Below, piece after piece: positions 44,619-53,793 of a stretch of DNA of 64,000 nt. The notes beneath the pieces were generated by a model, which was not told the DNA's origin, ran no database searches, and saw only the letters and a list, made by a program, of their open reading frames with translations. The position numbers were made by a program, and so were the translations under genes. The stretch spans positions 1 to 64,000 of the forward strand of contig OZ244719.1 in the NCBI GenBank assembly GCA_965219095.1, in the 5' to 3' direction. The DNA is from Bdellovibrionales bacterium (GTDB lineage: Bacteria; Bdellovibrionota; Bdellovibrionia; Bdellovibrionales; UBA1609). Positions within the stretch are counted from its first letter, which is position 1. Each line of letters begins with the position of its first letter.

Positions 44619-45812
44619 TTACAGAGAAGATTTTCTTACATTTAAAACAAACAAAATCACCCCACTGACAGCCGCTACTAATGAAGCAAGAAGAATAGAT
44701 ATCTTAGCTTCATTTTGCATTTCAAAAGCAAGTCCTAAGTGGGATATAAAAATAGACATAGTAAAACCTATTCCCGAAAGAATGCCGATACCTAAAACAT
44801 GAATCCAACTTAAACTTTCAGGCTTTTTACTTAAACCTAAAGCTTCTGCTAAAAAGGTCAAAAGAAAAACACCCAAAGGCTTTCCTAAAATAAGACCTAG
44901 GAATATACCCCAAAACAAATGACTATCAACCATAATTTTGAGAGAAAAATCTCCTAAAAATACGCTCGCATTAAAAAGTGCAAAAACAGGCATAATAAAA
45001 AAACTCACCCAAGGGTGAAGGTTTTTTATCCAAAACTCTAAGGGTTGTGATACTTCACCTTTTAAATTGATATAACGAACAGGGGTCATAAGACCAAAGA
45101 TCACTCCTGCTATAGTGCTATGAACCCCGCTTTTTGCAAAAAAAGCCCAAGATACTAAAGCTAAAAGAAAGTACACAAACTTGTTCGATACTCCTAGCTT
45201 TCGTAAAATAAACATAAAAAGAAAAATCACAATTGCTCCCCCTAAAGCCTGACTAGCGATGGCTTCCGTGTAAAACAAAGCTATAACCAAAATTGCTCCT
45301 AAATCATCCACAATAGCTAAAGCCAAAAGAAACACTTTTGCTGAAAAAGGTACTCTTTTGATCACAAGAGATAGAACCCCCACTGCAAAAGCAATGTCTG
45401 TAGCCATAGGAATACCCCAACCATTCTGAGAGTTTGTGCCAAAATTAAAAGCTGTATATATAAGAGCAGGAACGATCATTCCCCCAAGGGCTGCAAAAAT
45501 AGGAAAACTAGCATTTTTAACATTCGACAACTCTCCTTCTACAAGTTCTCTTTTGATTTCCAATCCCACAACAAAAAAGAAAATCACCATAAGAGCATCA
45601 TTAACAAACTGATGAAGGGTAAACTTTAAAACAAAAAAATCATATTCTAAAACTAAAGGCCAATGAAGAAAGTGTTCAAAAGTTTCACCAACACTTGAGT
45701 TTCTTAAAAAAATAGCCACTACAGACATAAACAATAAGACTATTCCACCTGAAATCTCTAGGTGAAAAAATTTTTCTAAAGGCTTTATTAATTTCTGAGT
45801 CATCCGCTTCAT
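44619..45812 (-). CDS. nhaA: Na+/H+ antiporter NhaA
   Basis: VGLEIKRE, GWGIPMATDIAF, AIVDDLGAI, GIGFTMSIFI. Confidence 0.96.
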   Translation of the reverse strand: MKRMTQKLIKPLEKFFHLEISGGIVLLFMSVVAIFLRNSSVGETFEHFLHWPLVLEYDFFVLKFTLHQFVNDALMVIFFFVVGLEIKRELVEGELSNVKNASFPIFAALGGMIVPALIYTAFNFGTNSQNGWGIPMATDIAFAVGVLSLVIKRVPFSAKVFLLALAIVDDLGAILVIALFYTEAIASQALGGAIVIFLFMFILRKLGVSNKFVYFLLALVSWAFFAKSGVHSTIAGVIFGLMTPVRYINLKGEVSQPLEFWIKNLHPWVSFFIMPVFALFNASVFLGDFSLKIMVDSHLFWGIFLGLILGKPLGVFLLTFLAEALGLSKKPESLSWIHVLGIGILSGIGFTMSIFISHLGLAFEMQNEAKISILLASLVAAVSGVILFVLNVRKSSL

Positions 45813-45867
45813 AACCTTAATGTATCACAAGAATAAATAAAGAGAACTCTTTAACTTCCACTATCTA

Positions 45868-46576
45868 GTCGAATGTGAAAAATGCATAAACAGCTAAAAA
45901 CACTTGTTTTTTTGTAATTTTTGCATGAAAATAATTGCAAGGAAATGGAAAAACAGATAAAAAACCTTGCAAAACAGAAAGGAAAAAAGATGAGGCCAAA
46001 AGACATGTTCATCACACAAAAGAGAAGCCCTCTTGATTTTAGAGTAAACGACATTGTTCATAAGAAGCATCCGCTTGTCATTTTAGCTAATAAAATAGAC
46101 TGGGATCGTTTTGATAAAGTTTTTGGTTCGAAGTATGATGAAAAAAAAGGTCGTCCAGGTCTTTCAACTCGTTTAATGGTGGGACTTCAGTGCTTGAAAT
46201 ACATTTATAATTTAAGTGACGAGAAGACAATAGAAATGTTCAAAGAGAGTCCTCAATGGCAGTATTTTTGTGGCCAGCCTATTCTTATGAAGATCCCTGT
46301 AATAGAAGTTCATTGACTAACTGGAGAAAGAGGATGGGGGCTTAGAAGATAGAAGTTCTCTTAGAGGAAACCATTGATTTAGCTTTGAGAGAGGATTTTG
46401 TAAAAAAAAAAGAGTTTGAGAATGTAGTTGTTGATACAACTGTTCAAGAGAAAGCAATAGCTTTTCCTACAGACAGCCGTCTTTATTACAAAGCTTTGAA
46501 GACTTTCGGTAAATAGAAAAAGCAAGTCATTTTAACTATTTTTCATTGTTTCACAGGCTACTTTTTCACATAGGAC
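45868..46576 (+). mobile_element. IS5-family element, decayed and internally deleted
   Basis: HPLVILANKIDW, GRPGLSTRLMVGL, WQYFCG, VDTTVQEKAIAFPTD; ends GTCGAATGTGAAAAA / TTTTTCACATAGGAC. Confidence 0.82.
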
Positions 46577-46722
46577 TAAATTAAAGTTTGGGTACAGTCT
46601 TAAAAATAAGAAAATTTTTCCCAAACAATTTTTAAAAAAACCTCTAAAGAAAAGATTAATTTTCATGAAAAGACCAAATGTCTTTTCATTCATAAATAAT
46701 AATCTTTTTTTTTCTTAAGCTC

Positions 46723-47454
46723 TTAATCTTTAAAAGTCCCCTTCTTATAAGCATGAGGATTGATTTTAAGAGTCCACTTTCTGTAATTTTTATTGATCGT
46801 TTCAATATCAGCAGGCTCCTGAACAGGACCCACATGAATGGTCAACCTTCCTGGTCTAGGAAAGCTTCCTTTGGGCATGATTTTATTGTTACCCTCAATA
46901 TACAGAAAAAGAATAGGAGTCCCTGTTTTTAGTGAAAAAAGACTAACTCCTTTTTTAAACTCTTGAACATAACCATCGGAAGAACGTCCTCCCTCAGGAA
47001 ATAAAATCAGCCATATACGTTTTAACTTCGTTAAAAGTTCAATGCAAAGATAAATGGCTTCTTGCTTTTTATCCTTACGATCAATCGGCACAGCTCCTAA
47101 GCAATGAGAGGAAAAGAACACAAAAAGTGGATTTCTAAACCAATAGTCTTTTGCCGCCGCAATGTAAAGATTAAGCCAGTACCTCATAGGAACAGCGGCC
47201 GCAATAGAAATCGCATCAATATGACTAGCATGATTGGAAATTACAATCAGCTTCGGATGTTCTTTATAAACATCTTTAATACTCCCTTTAACTTTTAAAA
47301 AAATATATAATTTAAAAACAGTCTTTAGAAAAAAAGCCCATAAAACTCTAAAAATAAAGCTTGTGAAATCAAAAGCACGTGTAAACAAAGGTAAGTGCTT
47401 TAAATGTGAGGGAAGCTTCTTCCATTGTTCGTTTTCATAATTCCAATGATTCAT
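46723..47454 (-). CDS. Lysophospholipid (PlsC-family) acyltransferase
   Basis: SNHASHID, AAKDYWF, LFPEGGRS. Confidence 0.9.
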   Translation of the reverse strand: MNHWNYENEQWKKLPSHLKHLPLFTRAFDFTSFIFRVLWAFFLKTVFKLYIFLKVKGSIKDVYKEHPKLIVISNHASHIDAISIAAAVPMRYWLNLYIAAAKDYWFRNPLFVFFSSHCLGAVPIDRKDKKQEAIYLCIELLTKLKRIWLILFPEGGRSSDGYVQEFKKGVSLFSLKTGTPILFLYIEGNNKIMPKGSFPRPGRLTIHVGPVQEPADIETINKNYRKWTLKINPHAYKKGTFKD

Positions 47455-47473
47455 AACCTAAAATCACAAGCTT

Positions 47474-48394
47474 TTAAAAGATGGTAAGTTCATAGATATA
47501 AAAAACAAAAGGTCCTACAAAAATAAGTTTGTCCATGCGATCAATAATATCATCTCTTCCTAAAATAAAAATCCCTGTATCTTTCATATTCAAATCTCTA
47601 CGAATGACCGTTAGCAAAAGATCTCCTAGAAGACTTAAAAGTGCAATGATAAAACCAATAAAAATAACATAGTCTTGGAGGCGAAAGGGCAGTATATTCG
47701 TTAAAAAATAAGACATAATGCCTGATGAAAGTAAAGCCATTAAAATTCCTGGGAAAGTAATTTTTCTACTAATTTTTGAAAATAAAAAGCCTTTTTTTAC
47801 AAAATGACTTGTTACTAGACAGGAAACCTCTGCTATCTCTGCAATAATGAGCGTAAAGATACAAAAAAAGAAACCATCTTCAAAATACACAATACGAGCT
47901 AGATGAAGAGGTGCCCAGGCGAAAAAGAGGAAGCCAAAAAGACACAAACCCATATACTGGATCATATTTTGATAATCATTTTTTAAAAGAGGTATCAATG
48001 AAGTACTAGCTAGAAAGATCATTGGAGATAAATTATAATAATCGTAATGTTCTTTATAAATGATCCAAAATAAAAATCCTATGAAAAAATAGGTCATAAG
48101 AACAAAAATATGACGGTGATACATCCCCACCATCTGAAAAAATTTCTTACATGTATATACACTAAACAAGCACAGTAAAAATAAAATGAAAATTTCATTT
48201 TTAATACTAAAAAGTAAAAACAAAATAGGAACTAGAAATATCCACGTTCGTACACTAGCCCATAACAGTTTCGTATAAGAGTACTCCTCATGAAAACGAT
48301 ACACAGCCAAAGCAGTTGCAATGATCAAAACCATAACTTGAAAAAAGGTCTTTGTATAAAGGGGATCACCCCACATGGAATCTTGAAATAACAC
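47474..48394 (-). CDS. Phosphatidate cytidylyltransferase-family membrane protein
   Basis: Polytopic; SKISRKITFPG, GDL...IRRDLNMKD, IIDRMD. Confidence 0.8.
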   Translation of the reverse strand: MLFQDSMWGDPLYTKTFFQVMVLIIATALAVYRFHEEYSYTKLLWASVRTWIFLVPILFLLFSIKNEIFILFLLCLFSVYTCKKFFQMVGMYHRHIFVLMTYFFIGFLFWIIYKEHYDYYNLSPMIFLASTSLIPLLKNDYQNMIQYMGLCLFGFLFFAWAPLHLARIVYFEDGFFFCIFTLIIAEIAEVSCLVTSHFVKKGFLFSKISRKITFPGILMALLSSGIMSYFLTNILPFRLQDYVIFIGFIIALLSLLGDLLLTVIRRDLNMKDTGIFILGRDDIIDRMDKLIFVGPFVFYIYELTIF

Positions 48395-49677
48395 TAATAT
48401 ATTATTTTATAGTACTTTAGCTTTTTGTAAAGGGTGGCTCTTGATAAACCTAAGACTCTTTGAACCTCATCTAAGGCTTTATACTTATACACACAAGATC
48501 GAATGACCTCTTTTTCATACTCTTTGACCATAGAATTCAAATTTTGATAAGAAGAAGGGCCTGAAAAGCTATTATAGGGATATAAGAAAGGCTCTACATC
48601 CTCTCTTTCAATGACAGGAAGCAAAGTATAACAAAGAAGATTTTCACTCACTTTCTTAAGCTCCCTTACATTTCCAGGCCAATTGTACTCCTTAAGACAC
48701 AAAAGAGCTTCTTTGCTCAAAGTTTTTTTACGTTTTTTAGTATCTTGAGAAAAAAAGAGTTCTACAAGAGACTCAATATCCTCTTTTCTATCTCTTAGAG
48801 GAGGAAGCTCTATGGTCTTGCACCTTAGACGCCACAAAAGATCAGCCCTAAACTCCCCTTTTTTGACTTTTTGAGTTAAACATTCATTTGTAGCTGCTAA
48901 AATACGACATTCCACTTTTTGAACCTTTGAACTCCCTATAGCCCTCACTTCTTGATTTTCTAAAAATCTAAGAAGTTTTGCTTGAGAGCTAAGAGAAAGG
49001 GCTTCAATCTCATCTAAAAACAAATCCCCTCTATGAGCTTTTAAAACTAAACCTTCATGATCTCGATCCGCTCCTGTAAAAGCTCCTTTTTTATAACCAA
49101 ACATCTGACTTTCAAACAAACTTTCGCTTAAACCTGCCACATTAACGCAAACAAAGGGCTTATGAGGAGAAGATAGAAGCTGAGCTACAATCTCTTTTCC
49201 CGCACCACTTTCCCCTTCAATAAGAAGAGGACCTTTTTCATCCTTTAAACAAGAGATTTGTTTTTTGATCTTTTGGGATAAAACACCCCTTCCTCTCCAC
49301 AAACAACTTTCTTTCTGAAACTCCCACCAAGACTCTATTCTATTAAGAACCAACAAAAACTCCTCTCTTTGAAGAGGTACTTGGAAAACATGGAAAGCCC
49401 CCCTATCAAGTGCTCTTCTCATAAGTTTTACTTGAGGTAATTTAAAAACCACAATTACCTCAGAAAGAGGATGAATTTTTTTCAAAAATGATATCTGTTT
49501 CAAATCTTTCTCACAGCTTATTTCTAAGAGAAAAATAGGTGCTTTTTGAGGAAAGTATCTTAAAACAGCACCTCTTAAAAACCCTTCCATAAAAGCCTCA
49601 ATCTTTAGGTTTTTAATTTTTAATGTCACTTTATAAGATTCTAGCCTCTGCTTCATAGATGTAGTAGTTATAGACAA
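48394..49677 (-). CDS. Sigma-54-dependent transcriptional activator with degenerate receiver domain
   Basis: GESGAGKE, GAFTGA, LFLDEI, WPGNVREL, C-terminal HTH. Confidence 0.9.
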   Translation of the reverse strand: MSITTTSMKQRLESYKVTLKIKNLKIEAFMEGFLRGAVLRYFPQKAPIFLLEISCEKDLKQISFLKKIHPLSEVIVVFKLPQVKLMRRALDRGAFHVFQVPLQREEFLLVLNRIESWWEFQKESCLWRGRGVLSQKIKKQISCLKDEKGPLLIEGESGAGKEIVAQLLSSPHKPFVCVNVAGLSESLFESQMFGYKKGAFTGADRDHEGLVLKAHRGDLFLDEIEALSLSSQAKLLRFLENQEVRAIGSSKVQKVECRILAATNECLTQKVKKGEFRADLLWRLRCKTIELPPLRDRKEDIESLVELFFSQDTKKRKKTLSKEALLCLKEYNWPGNVRELKKVSENLLCYTLLPVIEREDVEPFLYPYNSFSGPSSYQNLNSMVKEYEKEVIRSCVYKYKALDEVQRVLGLSRATLYKKLKYYKIIY

Positions 49678-49718
49678 AAAGAGTTACAGTAAAATAAATT
49701 GGACATTTTTAATAAAAT

Positions 49719-50939
49719 ATGGTACTAGGAGTCATGAAAATTTTGCTGACAGAAAACATTCACTCTATAGCACAACAGAGATTAGAAAAAGAAGGCTATG
49801 TGGTTGAAACAAAAAACCAGGCCCTATCTGAAAATGAACTTATAGAGAAACTTCCTCATTATGATGCTCTAGGCATTCGTTCTAAGACCTCCATCACACC
49901 TCAAGTTTTAGAAGCCTCTCAAGAAAAACTCAAAGTCATCGGAGCTTTTTGTATTGGAGTGAATCAAATTGATTTACAGAAAACTCAATCCATGGGAGTT
50001 CCCGTTTTCAATGCTCCTTACAACAATACAAGAAGTGTTTCTGAAATTGTCATAGCACAAATCATATCCTTAAGCCGACGTCTAGGAGATTACAACATGA
50101 AAACCCATAACAAAAAGTGGGAAAAGAGTTCAAAACACTCTCATGAAGTTAGAAATAAAATTTTAGGCATTATAGGTTATGGTCATATCGGCTCCCAAGT
50201 AAGCATTTTAGCAGAAAGTTTAGGCCTTAAGGTAATTTTCTATGATATCAATAAGAAATTACCATTAGGAAGAGCACAGCCCACAAATTCTTTAAAACAA
50301 CTTTTAGAAAAATCTGATTTTGTAACACTCCATGTCCCCGAAGATAAAAGCACCAAACATATGATCAACAAAGACACTCTTTCTTATATGAAAAAAGGTT
50401 CTTATTTATTAAATAATAGCCGTGGATCTGTTGTCAATTTAAAAGACCTCTTAGACTTTCTTGAAAAAGAATGCCTATTAGGTGTAGCTTTAGACGTCTA
50501 TGAAACAGAACCTGCTTCTAACAAAGAAGATTTTCACTGCATCCTACAAGGTCTTGAAAATGTCATCCTCACACCCCATATAGCAGGAAACACAGAAGAG
50601 GCTCAAGAGTCTATTGCAAAAGAGATGTCAGAAAATTTTATCAACTTTCTTAAAAACGGTACCACTTTAGGAGCTGTAAATTTTCCCCAAGTCAAAGCTC
50701 CTGAAAAAAAAGGTATGAGAATTTTAAACCTACACAAAAACATCTCTGGGGTCTTAGGTGAAATCAACAACATCATTTCAGAGGCCAAGCTCAACATCTT
50801 AACCCAAACCTTAGAAACTGACCATCAAGTAGGTTACTTAGTCCTAGATTTAGAGTGTAAGAGAATTGATCCCCAAGTCATTGAAAAGATTAAAAATCTC
50901 CCTGCTTCTCTAAAAACCTGCCTTGTGAAAAATTCTTAG
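49719..50939 (+). CDS. serA: D-3-phosphoglycerate dehydrogenase
   Basis: GIRSKT, GAFCIG, GIIGYGHIG, LTPHIAG, ACT domain; start possibly 49734. Confidence 0.95.
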   Translation: MVLGVMKILLTENIHSIAQQRLEKEGYVVETKNQALSENELIEKLPHYDALGIRSKTSITPQVLEASQEKLKVIGAFCIGVNQIDLQKTQSMGVPVFNAPYNNTRSVSEIVIAQIISLSRRLGDYNMKTHNKKWEKSSKHSHEVRNKILGIIGYGHIGSQVSILAESLGLKVIFYDINKKLPLGRAQPTNSLKQLLEKSDFVTLHVPEDKSTKHMINKDTLSYMKKGSYLLNNSRGSVVNLKDLLDFLEKECLLGVALDVYETEPASNKEDFHCILQGLENVILTPHIAGNTEEAQESIAKEMSENFINFLKNGTTLGAVNFPQVKAPEKKGMRILNLHKNISGVLGEINNIISEAKLNILTQTLETDHQVGYLVLDLECKRIDPQVIEKIKNLPASLKTCLVKNS

Positions 50940-51009
50940 CTCATCATTTTTTGAACAAATTTTTCAATTTTCTCTAGAAAAAAAACTTTTTCTGTATTAT
51001 AATAAAAAT

Positions 51010-51361
51010 GGGGGTGAATAGCTCTCGACGTGATTGAAGACTCTTTTAGGAGCAGGCCGAGGTTGCATCAGGTCCTCGTAAAAAAGGTGCAAAAAATTAT
51101 TCGGCAACGAATACACTTTTGCTGCTTAACAAAGTAGCCATCGAGCAAGTTTTTTGACTACGAAACTTGTGAGATGTCGAACCAGTAGTCTCGGTAACAA
51201 AGTTGTTTTTCAGGACTTGTTACTTAAATTGACTGAAAAACTAAAAAGAAAACTTTGTCTTTAAAGGTTTCTTTTTAGAATGAAAGTAAAGACTAAGCCT
51301 GTAGTATTGCCTATTTGATGAACATTTGCGGACCCGGGCTGAATACCCGGCACCTCCACCA
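51010..51361 (+). ncRNA. ssrA: tmRNA; tag (A)GNEYTFAA at 51103-51129
   Basis: GGGGGTG...CACCTCC-ACCA acceptor stem with G3-U pair; TCGAC; T-arm CCGGG/CCCGG; tag ORF ending GCT GCT TAA. Confidence 0.95.
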
Positions 51362-51677
51362 GACTTTTCATAAGTTATTGAAATTATTGTATTATTTTCA
51401 TTTTTTCCTGTTTTTGGCGTGATTTTTGGCGTGATTTTTAGCGTATAAATGTTTTTAGTTTAATTTGAGGTTTATAAATTGAGCAGTTTTTTGAGTTGTA
51501 TTTGAGTTTAAAAGCGCAATAGCTTTTGGAGGTGCCGGGGCAGACGAGCCCATTTTCTAAGTTTTTGGAATCAGTGAAAAATTTAATAATAACAACATAC
51601 CCTGACTGCCTGAGACCTCGACAGACCGCAACGTACCGCTCTAAACTGCTCTATCACGCCAAAAATCACGCCACAAA
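51346..51677. other. att-like region: tmRNA 3' core, IHF-like site, arm-type repeats and inverted core
   Basis: CCCGGCACCTCCA (51346-51358) inverted at 51527-51539; TTTTTGGCGTGA x2 plus one degenerate copy at 51411-51446, inverted x2 at 51654-51677. Confidence 0.65.
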
Positions 51678-52326
51678 CAAAAAAGTATAAGGCAGAAAGA
51701 TGATTGAACAGAACGCAAACAGTTTTTTGGGGGAAGATCACACCGTCTGATTTTCAAAATAGCCCAGTGACACTAGAGGTCGAATTGAGGTGTGAGTTGA
51801 TCCAAAAATTCTTTATCCTGATGAGTTAGGAGTTTTGCTAAAGCGATTTGGTGACTGCTCACAAACTGTTGCAAATAAAATGACATTAGTGAGGTTTTTG
51901 TGAGGTAGAAAATCCAAAAAAACTATAGAACTTGAGAAAACTCAAAAAAAGCAGTAGGTTATATTCCTTATGCAAATCACCGACTACCACGCAAAATATT
52001 TTGCTCATACCATTTCCAAAAATTAATTCGACATTCTTTTAACGTATAGTATAGTACTCTGGCTTTTTGATCAAACTCTGTTAAATTTTTAGAGTGTCGA
52101 AAAAAGATTTAGTTACAAAGCTTCAAGGGTATGATTTTATAGCTACTTACAAAGTGGAAAGAAGTGCCAACATCAAGATAAAACTCCAAGCTTTGCAGCA
52201 TATGCAAGACGGAAAATCGATTCAAGAAACAGCTAAATATGGTTTTGTATCATCGTCACAGTATCAAATTAAAACTCAAGAACAGAGGCTTCTGAAAAAT
52301 ATATAAAAGTCAAAACTAGGGTAATA

Positions 52327-52351
52327 GGAGCCTGTAATAATTACAGGCTCT
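52327..52351 (-). terminator. Hairpin downstream of beta-propeller gene
   Basis: GAGCCTGTAAT-A-ATTACAGGCTC about 20 bp after the stop; no clear U-tract. Confidence 0.4.
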
Positions 52352-52369
52352 TCTACAAGCTCTCTATTC

Positions 52370-53602
52370 TTATGGTTTGGACTCACAAGTAATCTGTTCT
52401 CTATAAACTTTTATTAATGTTTCATTTAAAGTATTTAAAACATAAACCTTCTTATCCTCAGAGCCTACGACAATTTTATTATCATCCATTATAGCAGGAG
52501 AGGAATCAACCCAGCCACCTGTTTTAAAAGAAGCTACTTTAACTAACTTCTTACCCTTAAGCTCTAAAACATAAACCCTCTTATCAAAAGAGCCTATGAC
52601 AATTTTATTATCATCCATTATAGCAGGAGAGGAACGAACCAAGCCATCTGTTCTAAAAGAAGCTACTTTAACTAACTTCTTACCCCTAAGCTCTAAAGCA
52701 TAAACATTTTCATCATCAGAACCTATGACAATTGTTCCATTATTCATTATGGCAGGAGAGGAGCGAACCGCATCACCTGTTCTAAAAGAAGCTACTTTAA
52801 ATAATTCATTACCTGAAAGCTCTAAAACATAAACCCTCTTATCAAAAGAGCCTATGACAATTTTATCATCATCCATTATAGCAGGAGAGGAGCGAACCGC
52901 ACTACCTGTTTTAAAAGAAGCTACTTTAAATAATTCATTACCTGAAAGCTCTAAAACATAAACCCTCTCATCAAAAGAGCCTATGACAATTTTATCATCA
53001 TCCATTATAGCAGGAGAGGAGCGAACCGCACTACCTGTTTTAAAAGAAGCTACTTTAAATAACTTCTTACCCTTAAGCTCTAAAGCATAAACATTTCTAT
53101 CATCAGAACCTACGACAATTGTTCCATTATTCATTATAGCAGGAGAGGAGCGAACCGCACTACCTGTTTTAAAAGAAGCTACTTTAAATAACTTCTTACC
53201 CTTAAGCTCTAAAGCATAAACATTTCCATCATCAGAACCTACGACAATTGTTCCATTATTCATTATGGCAGGAGAGGAGCGAACCGCACCACCTGTTTCA
53301 AAGGAAGCTACTTTAAATAACTTCTTACCCTTAAGCTCTAAAGCATAAACATTTTCATCATCAGAACCTATGACAATTGTTCCATTATTCATTATGGCAG
53401 GAGAGGAGCGAACCGCACCACCTGATTTTTTACTTATAGGTTTGAGATCAAACCCATAAACTTTCTTTTCTTGAAAGCATCTTTTATCATAGGAACGTCC
53501 TAAAGCATGGCATTTTGTTGACTTTTCCTGAAAGACGAAAAAACTGGAAAAAGCAAAGACTAGATTTAAGCTCGCTAAATGAAAAAAAATTTTTGTTTTC
53601 AT
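52370..53602 (-). CDS. Exported PQQ-type (BamB-like) 8-bladed beta-propeller repeat protein
   Basis: 410 aa; hydrophobic leader; eight 43-aa units SSPAIM...IVxGSxDxxVYxLEL, 129-bp DNA period. Confidence 0.92.
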   Translation of the reverse strand: MKTKIFFHLASLNLVFAFSSFFVFQEKSTKCHALGRSYDKRCFQEKKVYGFDLKPISKKSGGAVRSSPAIMNNGTIVIGSDDENVYALELKGKKLFKVASFETGGAVRSSPAIMNNGTIVVGSDDGNVYALELKGKKLFKVASFKTGSAVRSSPAIMNNGTIVVGSDDRNVYALELKGKKLFKVASFKTGSAVRSSPAIMDDDKIVIGSFDERVYVLELSGNELFKVASFKTGSAVRSSPAIMDDDKIVIGSFDKRVYVLELSGNELFKVASFRTGDAVRSSPAIMNNGTIVIGSDDENVYALELRGKKLVKVASFRTDGLVRSSPAIMDDNKIVIGSFDKRVYVLELKGKKLVKVASFKTGGWVDSSPAIMDDNKIVVGSEDKKVYVLNTLNETLIKVYREQITCESKP

Positions 53603-53689
53603 TATTTACCTCTTATGGATTGAAGGTGTTTAATTTTAAAACACTTTCTTATTATTTTGTTTTATAAGCCCTATTTTCTTAACTATTTA

Positions 53690-53736
53690 CCTAACTTTCT
53701 TAAATCCTAGTGAGTAAAAATTGTCTCGAATTTAGG
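53690..53736. mobile_element. 47-bp IS1634-type scar with 6-bp TSD
   Basis: CCTAA...CCTAGTGAGTAAAAATTGTCTCGAATTTAGG; TATTTA at 53684-53689 and 53737-53742; absent from the homologous region at ~9250-9280. Confidence 0.8.
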
Positions 53737-53777
53737 TATTTAAGTAAGGGCTTTTAACCTTTCTAAAATTTATGTAT

Positions 53778-53793
53778 TGCAAAAACTATTCCA
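53778..53793 (-). promoter_or_regulatory. Sigma-54 -24/-12 promoter motif upstream of beta-propeller gene
   Basis: TGGAATAGTTTTTGCA; homologous to 9302-9317. Confidence 0.7.
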
